From positions 51,299-115,298 of the forward strand of contig NIVC01003170.1 of NCBI GenBank assembly GCA_002269645.1: a stretch of 64,000 nt of DNA. Reading direction: 5' to 3'. The translations under genes and the position numbers were made by a program. This document shows, in pieces, positions 41,038 through 54,700 of this stretch (positions within the stretch are counted from its first letter, which is position 1; the number at the start of each line of letters is the position of its first letter). The stretch comes from Macrostomum lignano. Its lineage: Eukaryota. Under the pieces are notes generated by a model, which saw nothing but the letters and a program-made list of their open reading frames with translations, had not been told where the DNA came from and made no database searches.

Positions 41038-41107
41038 CAGTTGATTTTGTTTTAAACAGGAAACTAAATGGACGTTAGGAGACGATTTTGATTTTAATAG
41101 GGAGTTT

Positions 41108-41535
41108 CAACAGCTCAACTTTGCGCTTAACTCTGTACTCAACTCTGTACTCAACTCTGTACTCAACTCTGTACTCAACTCTGCACTCAACTCTGCACTC
41201 AACTCTGTACTCAACTCTGTACTCAACTCTGTACTCAACTCTGTCCTCAACTTTTTACTTAACTCTACTTAACTCTGTACTCAACTCTGTACTCAACTCT
41301 GCACTTAACTCTGTACTCAACTCTGCACTCAACTCTGTACTCAACTCTGCACTCAACTCTGTACTCAACTCTGCACTCAACTCTGCACTCAACTCTGTAC
41401 TCAACTCTGTACTCAACACTGCACTCAACTCTGTACTCAACTCTGTACTCAACTCTGCACTAAACTTTGTCCTCAACTTTTTACTCAACTCTACTCAACT
41501 CTGTACTCAACTCAGTACTCAACTCTGTACTCAAC
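41108..41535. repeat. 12-bp minisatellite (ctcaactctgta)n
   Basis: Direct observation. Confidence 0.95.
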
Positions 41536-42329
41536 AGAGCGTCGCTTTCAAAGTTCATCCATTCTCCTCCATTGTTGGAAGAGCAGTTTATTTCAACTCC
41601 ATTGCTTTGTTTTTACAGGAAGCATGCATCCAATGCATTTGATCCACTCTAAAATATCGTGCATTATGCCCTGAGTCAACGAAGCATTAAGCTGTTTTAA
41701 TTATTTATGAGTTTTAAGTTTTTTTTTGCATGCGCTTTACAGGGACCACTAACAGTTAGCATCTTCGAGTGGAAGCGTTCTCAAACTATGCGACGGCTTT
41801 TAAATTTCTATTTTCAATTTGTTGCTGGTTAGCTGCCAGTCCAGCTGCAAAATCAAGGGATCCTTGGCAGTTTGTCCCTCCCAGTCATTGCCTCTACCTG
41901 TCAACCCGAGGTGGCTCATCCAGCCTCTCTCTCCTTCATCACCGGGCTTCGCTTCCAATTAATGGACCCCCACTTCAATTAGTGGTAGTTGTTATGATAA
42001 AGTGCATCAGGTACGTTTCAAAATAACTCATAAGTCCCTGCATCATGCAGGTACGCTTATTAACACAGGGATGGGGCTTATTGGCTTGAAATTTATAATC
42101 AAAATGAGAGGACATAAAGACAGAGAGGAGAACCTGGGGTTTTCAGAGTTCAGCCCTTACGCTTGTCTTAGTCTAGTTTAGACTAAAGGACTAGTCTAGT
42201 CCAGTTTAGTCTAAGCCCTAAGCTTATCTCTATCTTCTGGCTCTTTACCTGGACAATTTTAACGGTAAGTAAAACAGCAGGGTGACTGCTATGTAGAAAT
42301 GCTTCATTAAAACTTCAGCTTCACCACCG

Positions 42330-42876
42330 AAACTCGTCGTTGCAGGAATGCCAATTGAAACCTCCGGTTTCCCGTCAATCGCCGATCGCTGAAGGCCAAG
42401 CTCAGCAACCTGTGGCTGGCCGGCGGTGCGAGCCGGCTGGAGAACCTGGTGTGCCAGGCCGATGAGGACACGAACCGCCTGCACCCGTCTGGCGTCGAGT
42501 GGAGCAGCGAAGGCGCGGTGTTCGACGATCAAGCAAATCACCGGGACGTCGCTGCCCAGACTGTTCACCCCGAGCAACACCCTGCCCGCCAGTTCCAGCG
42601 ATCGACTGGCTGAACATTGGCTTCACCGTCTCAGGTGCCGTCTACGACTTTTTCGTAGCGGATTCGTTCCTGCCGAGGGCTCAAATTGTGCAGACACCGG
42701 ACGATGACCTTAACACAGTGAATAGTAGCACTAATGCTTGTCTTTACCTCGGCATGCGGCACAGCCCTCCGAGCAGCGTAATGTTCAACGGCACCCTGAA
42801 GGCTCTGGCCATGGCCAACGTGAGCATGTCCGAGACCGAGATTCGAAACTTCTTCTCGCTGATCGACAAAATTTAA
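42330..42876 (+). pseudogene. Possible LamG/concanavalin-like domain exon, frame-disrupted
   Basis: SGVEWSSEGAVFDD in one frame; LYLG...FNGTLKALAM.N.SMSETEIRNFF in another. GC-rich codon style. Confidence 0.35.
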
Positions 42877-45029
42877 CTGCTCCAAATTTTTTATACCTGG
42901 TATAAACTTTTTTGCAACTGAGCGAACTTTTGTTTTTTCACGCGGCTCTATTCGTAATTTCAGTGACTCTAATGCTTCTATACTTGAGTCACCGATTTAA
43001 TTTGGTTTCATTAGGACCAACCTGTCAGAAGTAATCACAGATGGCGTTACTTGTACGCTCGTACACATGTATCAAAATTGAAAATCCTGTTCTACAAATA
43101 ACTATACATCTTACAAGCGTATTCCGAGCACTGTTCCATGCACTCTCATAGAGAGCTAAGCATCTTACATTTAAACTGTATCCAAACAACCAAAAAAGCA
43201 ATAAAATGTTCCTTATATACGTAAATAGATTACATGTAGTTCGTACGTAAGCATACACTGTGCAGAAAAGTTGAGAGAAACTTGTGTAGTAGACGTGAAA
43301 TCGCTGGGAAATGAATACCAATTTCACTAAATCCCAACTTCACAATTCCACCGCTGATAAGCCAAATGCAAACGTTCTGGCCATCTACTTAACATTTAAC
43401 AAACCACGATAACTAAAAGGCTATTGTTCTATCACCGAACTCAACTAATAAGGCTTCTCCACCCGAACTCTACGCGGCGGCGGGTGCAGAATGATCGGCT
43501 CGGTTTGGCCGCAATCAATAAAAGCGAATTTAAAAAAATAAGGCTAACTGTCTCGCTATGACTTACAGTGACAAACTGTCTGCCACACTTCACAAAAGGC
43601 TAAAGATCACCGAACTCCTGGCTTGCGATGACTAAGGTTCTGACACAACGGTGAATGTTGGCTAAATTAACGTCTCAGATCCTCTTAAAATATTTATATC
43701 TTTATCATTGATCTTTATCAAATATATGATTATAATTCTGTGCATAATCATGGATATACACAATTACTGTAAAGGCCACTACGATACAGTTATTTTTGTA
43801 TATTCTTTTATAAATAAGGTTACATAGGCGGATGTCACCCTAAAGTGGATCACATCACGATTTTGTACGGAATAAGCGTTACAGAAATTATTATAAGTTC
43901 TCTTTTAATTCTAATTTTTAATTTATCAGTAAAAATCAAAAAGCATATCTAGATGGTAAGCTTTTAGGCACAAACGTATTTCTTCAGATTATTAACATTT
44001 GGTTTTGTTTAAACTTGCTATTGTCAATGTAAAATTCTTAGGAGACTATTTAACTTTGGTTTTATCGGTAAATAATAATTGATTGATTTTTGTTATTGTG
44101 CAATACTTTGGTTATTGTGACTACTTGATTGACAGTCTGAATTAAATTTGTCGTACTCGTATAAATTGGTATTGATATTTTTATTTGGTATCAATGGGCT
44201 AGTCGCAAAAACTAGCTATGCGTTATAGGCCTACCCTACGAGCAACACTTGCTATACCCAGTGTGCTTTATTACCTTGTACGAGCTAGTGATCAGTCTAT
44301 AGTCAAAAATTTTTTTATTATTTTTTAGTTTTGTGCGATAGGGTTTTTAGATGAGTAATAGATGAGTAAAGATGGACTTGAAATTTGGGTGTTCATGTAG
44401 ATTGTTTTTTTCTAGCCAGTACGTTAGCTTTCCATAAGATTTCGCCTTTTACATGTAGCTATATTTAAATTTCGTTACAACTAGAATTTTTGTCTCGGTG
44501 TATAATTAATTATTTTTCGACTTAAGAGCTGTATTTTTAATGCCTTTTATATTTATATTTGAAAAAAAGACTTTCACAGAAAGAAATTATTGAACAATAC
44601 GGCCAATAAAGCTTCACTTGCGCAATTCATGTGGATTTATATTCAATAAATTGATATGATATTGCACAAGTGAAGTTGTTCTTCCTAATGATATTGGGAA
44701 GAAGTAAAACAGTAGTTACGAATATTTTACTTACTACACATACGAGCGTATATCAAGCCATTCGCAGTAATTTTGCTTTTATATTAAAGTAAAATCAAAA
44801 TAGGTAAATTTATGCATTAAAAAGGAATATTTTGTATGATATTTCTGCAAAGTTCTCTTAATCCAAATTAGTTAAAATATTTGATGGAATCACAATAGTT
44901 TTGGATGTGATCTTGATCATGAAATTTATTATTTAATAGTTAAATGAAAATGTTATGTTGAGATTTTGATAGACATTTTTGATAAAGAGAATATCTGCAG
45001 AATCTGCTATTAGATATTGCATTCAATAA

Positions 45030-46205
45030 CAGTGTTGGGCACTTCCGTTACCGAGTAACTTGTAAATGGTAACGCAAGTTACTTTTTCGTAAAGCGTTCC
45101 TTACGCAAGTTACTTTCCTATTTTGGTAACGGAGTAACGGTAAGTTACTCAAATTTCGGAAGTCCGTTACAGTTACTTTGCAACAATCGCAATATTTAAA
45201 TTTAAAACTGATATGCTTAGCTATTACGCCAGTTGTCACATTTTTAGCATTTTTCATTCTTAAATTCAAAACTAAGTGAATAATATCATACGGTATTACG
45301 CTGTAATTAATAAAGAAATACTTGAAACATGTTTTTACTTTGTTATTTTCGGTAAAATATTTTTGCTTTTCGTTTTTAAGTTAATAAAAATATTTTGTTT
45401 AGTTCTTAGAAACAAACAACCAAAGAAAGAAATTCATCTGTAGTCTCCACAAATCCACTCAGTGATCGACGTAGCCAGGAATTTTAATTGGGGGGGGGGG
45501 GGCGGGTTGACCTGGCTGGCCATGCCTCATGCACCCGCCACGCCCAACCCCACCCCCCCTGGTGGGGTGTCTTGCAGGTGGGGTGAAGTTGCCGCCCCAA
45601 CGATTGTTAAGGCGGCCTCCCTGGCTACACCACTAAAGTCCACTGGCACTGCACTGCACTGCACAATAATTTAATATTAATGAATTGAAAAATAATTGAA
45701 AAAATTGAAAAAAATTTCAAATAATTGAAAATAAAAAGACTAGTAAAGCAGACTGTAGAGTGGAGTAAAGCCAGGTACTTATTACGAGCGATGTATTATC
45801 AAGGACAACTGAAGTTACGTTAAGTTGTCCTTGTGTATTATAACTTATAATGTTATTAAAAATTAAATTGCGTTTTGCCTTTAACGTTTCTGACCTTCAG
45901 CTTCTCTTCTTTTTACGGAAAGGGCCTAAAGTGATTAAAATTTAATACAGTTACTGAAATTAATTTTGTTGTATTTTTCCTTCTGGCTTTCGCGATCATT
46001 TGTGCTGTTCCAGCACATTTGCAATGTTAAAAAAGCAGAAAATTTTGTTTATAACATAGGTAACGGAAGTAAGTAACGGAAGTAACTTAAAAGTTACCGG
46101 GTTTTTGTTCAAAGTTACTAGGCTAACGTAAGTTACTTTTTAAAAAGTGGTAACTTAAGTTACAGTAACGCAAGTTACTTTTTTTGAGTAACTTGCCCAA
46201 CACTG
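45030..46205. mobile_element. Non-autonomous hAT-type element
   Basis: TIR CAGTGTTGGGCA...TGCCCAACACTG, perfect 8-bp TSD TTCAATAA, subterminal gtaac/gttac motifs. Confidence 0.9.
45460..45635. mobile_element. Small MITE nested in the hAT element
   Basis: cagtgatcgacgtagccagg...cctggctacaccacta; imperfect TSD aatccact/agtccact. Confidence 0.6.
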
Positions 46206-46685
46206 TTCAATAATCATCTTCCTTCCCAGCACAGCAAAAGCAACTTTTATTCGGTTCAAATATTTAAAATGGCTAGGCCGAACCAGCCCATACCGAAAAT
46301 CCAAGTTACTTATGCTAAAAGAGAAAAGTTATTTGTTTAAGTTTAATTTCAGTTTGATCTAGTGGAAGTAAGCTAGATTTTATCGCATTTTGTTGGATTT
46401 AGTTAGATGTTGTATACCGATCCGAATCCAATGCACTTATATTTTCAGCCGTTGCCCCAGCATTAATTTATTTGCGTCCCAAACAGTTACCGACTCTATG
46501 CGGAGTCTGAACGCAGAAAAACGAAAATAAATTTTGTTGGGATTTAGTTTAATTAAGTTGGACTTTAGTTGAATTTATTGCTCGTAGGTAAAATACTTTT
46601 CAACTAAATTTCTAATTTTAGATTTTGCTCCTCACGGCACCAGTAGTCCTTAACTTTCCTAAGGTAGATCAATACATGACCTTCC

Positions 46686-47667
46686 ATGTCGTTTCCAGCC
46701 GTTGCCAAGCAGACCGCAGGCCCTCCCATGTCGAATTTCTCGCTGCCACCTGGCACCGACCGGAACTCTGTGCCGGACGGCGACCTCGGCCCCAGCAACG
46801 AGCTGAACCGGCCGCGCCAGGCCCGGACGGTGTTCTTCCACCGCGATGGCGACTCAAGCAACCAGTCGCTGCGGGTGCCGATCCACCCCAACCGCTACCG
46901 CGGCCTGGACGCCCTGCTGACCGACCTCACGCTGCGCATGCCGCAGCTCGCCTACGGCGTGCGGGCCGTCTTCACGCCTCGGGGCCGGCACCGGGTGGCC
47001 TCCTTGGAGGACCTGGCAGCCGGCGGGCACTACGTCTGCTCCACGAATCTGCGGCGGCCCGGCGTGCCGCTCGAGTCCGGCGGGGACGGCGACACGGAGA
47101 GGACGGCGTCTCCGAAACCGCCGCCGAAGCCCCCGCCGCTTGCTCTGAAGGTTTGATTGGCAGTCTGCCTGTCTGTGTCTGTGTCTGTCTGTGTCTGTGT
47201 CTGTGTCTGTCTGTGTCTCTGTCTGTCTGTGTCTGTGTCTGTGTCTGTGTCTGTGTGTGTCTGTGCCTGTCTGTGTCTGTGCCTGTCTGTGCCTGTTTCT
47301 GTGTCTGTGTCTGTCTGTGTCTGTGTGTGTCTGTGCCTGTCTGTGTCTGTGTCTGTCTGTGTCTGTGTCTGTGACTGTCTGTGTCTGTGTCTGTCTGTGT
47401 CTGTGTCTGTGCCTGTCTGTGTCTGTGTCTGTGCCTGTCTGTGTCTGTGTCTGTGTCTGTCTGTGTCTGTGTGTGTCTGTGCCTGTCTGTGTCTGTTTCT
47501 GTCTGTGTCTGTGCCTGTATGTGTCTGTTTCTGTCTGTGTCTGTGTCTGTCTGTGTCTGTTTCTGTCTGTGTCTGGGTCTGTCTGTGTCTGTGTCTGACT
47601 GTGTCTGTCTGTGTCTCTGTCTGTCTGTGTCTCTGTCTGTCTGTGTCTGTGTCTGTGTCTGTGTCTG

Positions 47668-47746
<79 letters not shown>

Positions 47747-50700
47747 GCCTGTCTGTGTCTGTCTGTCTGTCTGTCTGTCTGTGTCCCAAACGCAATCCCT
47801 CCTCCATCTTCGCAGCCCCGCGGACTCCGCCGGCAGAACCGGGCTCGCCTGCCGCCGCTGCCCGACCGCGCCGCCGCCAGCAACAGCCACCCGAGCTCCG
47901 AGGCGGCCGCTGACCCACTGCCATCCTACCGAAAGCCTCGGCGCCAATTGCGGGCACCGGCCGGGACAGCTGACGCCGGCGCGCCGCCCGACTGCAAGCG
48001 GGTGTACATCAGTCGGAACGATGACAGGCAGCAGCGGCACATCCTGCTGCTGAACCGGCGCACTCTGCGCAGCTTCGAGCAGCTGCTAGACGACCTGTCG
48101 GGAATTTTCCGCATGTTGGTCTGTCGGCTGTACACCTCTGACGGCAGGCCGGTGAGTTCGAGCTCTAGCTGTAGGTCCCGGGTTCGAATTTTTCGTAGAA
48201 AGGAGGTGCAAGTCTGTCATTTTTTGCTGCAAAGTTTTGGCCAAATTTGGTCAGACAGCCGAAGATTGAGAAAGTCGGGACCGCTGTACACCCTGGATGA
48301 GCGCGTGCCTCCAAACATACACACGGACACAGGTGGAGTCACTTTCGGCGCTGTACAATGGGCCCGACAGCTTTGTAGCCGCTGGCTCAGAGAAATTCCA
48401 GACGGTGCGGACGGCGTGGAGCGGCGGAGGCGGCGGGACCGGCAGAAACGGAGCCGACAAAGCCGCAAGCCCGGCGCCAGCTGCAATCAAGACGAAACCG
48501 CAAAAAATTGTCAAGTCACGTGAGTCCGTTGATTATTTGATATCGATTGGTTATTCAGTGTGTCAGTCCCCCAGTGTGAGTGTGTCAGAGTCACCGGTGT
48601 GAGTGTGTCAGAGTCACCGGTGTGAGTGTGTCAGAGTCACCGGTGTGAGTGTGTCAGAGTCACCGGTGTGAGTGTGTCAGAGTCACCGATGTGAGTGTGT
48701 CAGAGTCACCGGTGTGAGTGTGTCAGTCACCGATGTGAGTGTGTCAGAGTCACCGGTGTGAGTGAGTCAGAGTCACCGGTGTAAGTATCAGAGTCACCGG
48801 TGTGAGTGTGTCAGAGACACCAGTGTGAGTGAGTCAGAGTCACCGGTGTGAGTGAGTCAGAGTCACCGGTGTGAGTATCAGAGTCACCGGTGTGAGTGTG
48901 TCAGAGACACCAGTGTGAGTGAGTCAGAGTCACCGGTGTGAGTGTCAGAGTCACTGGTGTGAGTGTGACAGAGTCACCGGTGTGAGTGTGTCAGAGACAC
49001 CAGTGTGAGTGAGTCAGAGTCACCGGTGTGAGTGTCAGAGTCACCGGTGTGAGTGTGACAGAGTCACCGGTGTGAGTGTGTCAGAGTCACCGGTGTGAGT
49101 GTGTCAGAGTCACCGGTGTGAATGTGTCAGAGACACCAGTGTGAGTGAATCAGAGTCACCGGTGTGAGTATCAGAGTCACCGGTGTGAGTGTGTCAGAGA
49201 CACCAGTGTAAGTGAGTCAGAGTCACCAGTGTGAGTGAGTCAGAGTCACCGGTGTGAGTATCAGAGTCACCGGTGTGAGTGTGTCAGAGACACCAGTGTG
49301 AGTGAGTCAGAGTCACCGGTGTGAGTGTCAGAGTCACTGGTGTGAGTGTGACAGAGTCACCGGTGTGAGTGTGTCAGAGACACCAGTGTGAGTGAGTCAG
49401 AGTCACCGGTGTGAGTGTCAGAGTCACCGGTGTGAGTGTGACAGAGTCACCGGTGTGAGTGTGTCAGAGTCACCGGTGTGAGTGTGTCAGAGTCACCGGT
49501 GTGAATGTGTCAGAGACACCAGTGTGAGTGAATCAGAGTCACCGGTGTGAGTATCAGAGTCACCGGTGTGAGTGTGTCAGAGACACCAGTGTGAGTGAGT
49601 CAGAGTCACCAGTGTGAGTGAGTCAGAGTCACCGGTGTGAGTGTGACAGTTTCACCGGTGTGAGTGTCAGAGTCACCGGTGTGAGTGTGTCAGTATCATC
49701 GGTGTGAGTGTGTCAGAGTCACCGGTGTGAGTGTGTCAGAGACACCAGTGTGAGTGAGTCAGAGTCACCGGTGTGAGTGTGTCAGAGTCACCGGTGTGAG
49801 TGTGTCAGAGTCACCGGTGTGAGTGTGTCAGAGTCACCGGTGTGAATGTGTCAGAGACACCAGTGTGAGTGTGTCAGAGTCACCGGTGTGAGTGTGACAG
49901 AGTCACCGGTGTGAGTGTGTCAGAGTCACCGGTGTGAGTGTGTCAGTGTCACCGGTGTGAGTGTCAGAGTCACCGGTGTGAATTTGTCAGTCTCTGAACT
50001 GAAAGAGTCATCAACAACCCCCAGTTGGCCACTGGCGAGTTCAGATCGACACGCCGGGCGTCGGCCATGAAAGTTCGACAGCCGCGAGTTCCTCCCGTCG
50101 CCTCTTTCTCACCGTGTACGGCAGGCAGGGCTGCTCAGGCCCGCTGCCGCTGCTTCGCTCTCAAGCCCTCATTGATGAGGCAGAGTCAGATTTTGAGGTA
50201 GAAATTTCAGTAAATTCTTATATTTGTACATTTGTGATAGACACTTGAATCCTGCTCAGGTACATGAAGATGCAAGTTGATACTTTAGGACAAAAATTTT
50301 ACTTGAAGGATGATTCTGAGGTGAATGAGTCATCGGGCAGGTGTACATTAGGGACAGAGTTTATCGGGGTGGGGAATGAGTCATCGGCCAGGTGTACATT
50401 AGGGACAGAGTTTATCGGGGTGGGGAATGAGTCATCGGGCAGGTGTACATTAGGGACAGAGTTTATCGACTGTAAATTCCGCTGCACATTGGATCAAAGA
50501 TTATTTTACTTAGCGAACAGTCCGAATAGCGATAAATGATTTTTATGATTATGAGTGATTATTATTTAATCACAGGTGCACACGGGGCAAATTGGTGAGA
50601 TTCTGAAAGTGCGGCTGAGCCTGGAGGCCCGACCTCGGAGTTCAGCGGCTGCCACGGTGGCCGCGGCGTCGGCCGCCGATCTGCCAGTCGGGCGTCTCGT

Positions 50701-51725
50701 CATGACCGACGCCGACACGGGCGAGGAGCTTCGGTTCGACTTCAATTGCTCGCTGGCCCGCGCCATGATGTGCAAGGAGCTGCCCGCCTTGGGTCGGGAC
50801 GGGCGGCCTGTGTTGCCAGGTCTGTCTAAAGTTTGCCATGACTTCTACTTAAGTCTAGCGTTTTCTTCTAGCGTTTTGTACAGTGGGAGGCTGCGTACGG
50901 CTGTTCAGTCCAAGGACTGGGGGGTCGCCACACACCCTCAATTACCCCAGCTAATGCTGGCACCCATTTTATAGCTGGGTGAACTGAAACAATGCAGAGT
51001 CAAGCGTCTTGCTCAAGGACACAAATTGTTCCGAGTGGGTTGAGAATCGAACCCCCGACCTTTTAGTCGTAAGAGTAATGAAAATTACATTAAAGCTGTC
51101 GATCAAGCTGAAGTGAAAATGAAAAGTGCAGTGCCTGGCTCCACTCAGATAACGCCCAACTGCAATGGAGGTCATCCAATGGAGGTCAAGGTGGTCAAAG
51201 GCCCCCCAGGAAAGAGTCTTCCATGCTTGCCTGATGACATCTGCCATAGCTGTGCAAAGCACTGATTCATTGCGCGACCAAAATTCTCCAACTGGCCACA
51301 GACCCCTTTGGGCCATAGACAGTGCAAAGCCAGTCTTCAACAGCTTGACTCTCCCGAATTTAATTGCGATGCATTTAACAACAAAATGGGCACTGAAGGC
51401 GCATCACGGATGGAAATTTGACAGAAAATACCGCCTCCCGGAGCCGCTGTTTTGCTCTGTCTCGGGTTGCTAAGCAATGTGGATCAATTTTTTGGGGAGT
51501 GACTAAGGGAAAGAACGCCGAAAAGGGGAACTAAGGATTAAAAATGGGACGATAGGATGGAGAAGAAGCTCGTTAGGCTGAGTGGGGCTTCCGTTGTAGG
51601 AGGCGAAGAGGCTGCATGGAGGCGGGCTCGTGCGCGACCTGGGAGTGCGGGAAAAAGGACGTGCCGAGTACAATCCCCAGGGAGAGGCGCGGGAAGACGA
51701 AACATTAATGCCTGCCATCATTGCT

Positions 51726-51772
<47 letters not shown>

Positions 51773-54700
51773 AATAGCGGGGCACCTATTCCATCACCAA
51801 TTGCAGTGGAGCGGTACACTCTGGAGGTGCACACAGGTGACCTGTACAACGCTGGCACCTCAGCCGCAGTCACCGTCACCCTTCACGGAGACCTTGGCGA
51901 CACCGGACCCCGAGAACTGCTTTTCGATCGCGTTGAAGATAAAGATTTTCAAGTTGCACCGTTTATGAAAGGACAGGTGCGGGCAGCTGACTAATTTTTA
52001 TGCTTTGATGCAGCTCTTTGTAGCTTATCTTTGTGCCGCTGCAGGCAGATTTCACTTTAATGATTAATTTTCAACTTCAAGGTGGACAAATTCTCACTCG
52101 AGGCTGTGCACCTGGGCCGCCTGACCAAGCTGAGCGTCTGCCACGACGCCAGAGAGCCCGGACACGGCTGGTACCTGGACAAGGTGGCCGTGCGGCCGGA
52201 GTCCCAACCGGATGAAGCTGCGGAGTTTCTGTGCTACAGGTGGGCGGGATTTGGTTCTGCGATGGAGAGGCTGTAGATAAGAGTAATAAAACACTACTTA
52301 GAGTAGAGGCGAGAGTTTGAGTAGACGATCTGGAGAAGAGGGCTTAGTGGCTGACATTAGGGACGTAAACAGAAAATTTGAATAGATTTAATGTAGTAGA
52401 TAGAGCAATATTAGATTAAATTATGCAGTAGAGTAGAGTAGAGTAAAGTAGAGTAGAGTAGAATAGAGTTGAGTAGAATGTAGTAGAGTCGAGTGGAGTC
52501 GAGTGGAGTAGAGTGAAGTAGAGTGGAGTAGAGTGTAGTAGAGTGGAGTAGAGTGTAGTAGAGTATAGTGGAGTAGAGTGGAGTAGAGTGTAGTAGAGTA
52601 TAGTGGAGTAGAGTGGAGTATAATAGATCAGAGTTGTGTAGAGTAGAGTTAAGTAGAGTAACCCTCGCTAATCCGTCGCTCCAATCCAGGTGGCTGGACT
52701 CCGCCGAGGACGACGGTCGACTGGCCAGGGACCTCCGGCCGCTGCGCAGACAGTCGGCGGCCGCCGCCGCATCAGCCGGTGTCCCGCCGGACGAGCAGCC
52801 GGCGCTGCAGCAGCTGGAGCGGTCGTCCTGGCAGGGCATCGCCTGGATGTTCGAGAACAACTGCACCGTGCAGCTCTACTGCCCGGCCACTGGCCGGCCT
52901 GTCCGAGTGAACTCGGACACCAGCGTGGACGCGGCAAGGACGAACGATTTGAGCGAATCGGAGGCCGAGGGGAATCCAATGTGTGAGATTTAGATCTTGC
53001 ACGATGTCTTAACAACAACATAGCAACTAGGTAGCAACGAGCAACCAATTAGCTACGGCAAAACAACTGGTTGGCAACGGCATAGCAACCGGTATAAGAA
53101 TCGGCATAGCAACCAGTTAGCAACGACACAGCAACATGCTAGCAACGGCATAACAACCACTTGGCAACGGCATAGCAACCAGTTAGCAACGGCATAGTAA
53201 CCAGTTAGCAATGGCATAGCAACCAGTTAGCAAAGGCATAGTAACCAGTTAGCAACGGCATAGCAACCAGTTAGCAACGGCATAGCAACCAGTTAGCAAC
53301 GGCATAGCAACCAGTTAGCAACGGCATAGTAACCAGTTAGAAACGGCATAGTAACCAGTATAAGAAACGGCATGGCAACTAAAATCCTCATGGAACCTAC
53401 CTAAGGAATATGCGGTCATAAACAATGCATTTCAGCCTTCTTCACCGTGCTGGCAAAGCCAGATGGGTCGCGGATGTTTCGCTGCCTCGGCGCTCCAAAA
53501 TGCTACCTGGGGCTCAGCCCGAACGGTCTCATAAAAGGCCAGGTAAGGCGGCACCGTATTGACTGAGATCAATAAATACTGCTGTACTCTTAAGACTGTT
53601 TCAGTCTCACAAGACATCATCGCTCGGTTTTCAGTTTCTCATGACCGAGCATCAGGTTCAGGTACAGGTTTTATGATTTCTTAGAAACATGATCCGTTTT
53701 GTTCGACCACCACAAACTAAATAACATTAGAAATTATTGCACTGACCCTTGAAGTTTTTTATCGAATTTACCGATAGCAAAAATAAACAATTCCATTTTG
53801 CCCAACAATGTTACACTGTAGCTTTGCACTCAGCCTGTAGTTACATGATGCAATAAAATATACTTTATTTCTCTTCTCTCCTCATTTATATCTCACTCTA
53901 ATCTCTAGTCTCTAATCTCTAATCTGTCTTCTCTAGTCTCTGATATCTATTCTCTAATCTCTAGCCTCTTCATCTTCCATCTCTTTTTCTCTAATCGGCA
54001 ATCTATCATTTAATATCTTTCATTTCCATTGTTTTATGTCTAATATCTTATCTTCTCCTAATATGTCATAGTGTCACAATCATTCGATATAGAAAGTGAC
54101 CTGATTTCTTAGAAACAAACCTTCGCCTCCGGCCTCGTTTTGCTATTTTTGTTAGAGTTTGTTTTAATAATCCATCAGACTACCGGTAAACCCGCACCAG
54201 CCGCATGCGGGACCTAATTATAACAAAGTATAATTATAACAAAATATAATTATAACAAAATATAATTATAACAAAATATAATTATAACAAAATATAATTA
54301 TAACAAAATATAATTATAACAAAATATAATTATAACAAAATATAATTATAACAAAATATAATTATAACAAAAAAACGAAAAAAAACAAATCGAACCAGGG
54401 CAAATCCGGTGCCCAATGCGAGTTCCGCCTGCGGCCTCACGAGCTGCTGCCGCGCTCCGTTGTTGTCGCATCGGCCAGGCGGCCGTCCCAGCAGCTCCTG
54501 CTCAATGCCGACGGTCGCCAGTCGACGTTGTCGACGTCGAAGAAAGCCGCAGCGGCGACTTCGCTGCCGCAGCCGCTGGTTCCGCACTGCCGCGGTCGGT
54601 TCCGGCAAGGCTCTGTGGTTACCATGGCAACCAGTAGGGAGCAGGCGCTGGCGGTTGAGCAAGACGGCCGCCGCCTGAACGGGGCTGGTCGGCGAGGCCG

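Noticed and set aside
43800-45000. AT-rich block possibly a DNA transposon related to 5100-6060
   Set aside because: Only short shared words (catacgagcgta) and a 9-bp inverted match; no TIR/TSD pair found.
46854-48523. Several 300-380-aa ORFs rich in QT/DR/VC/SL
   Set aside because: Microsatellite read-through in the RP1-like intron 1.
51090-51725. Possible LINE C-terminal fragment on the minus strand
   Set aside because: Only weak hints (HVLF-like motif, W..RN) across broken frames; not supportable without a search.
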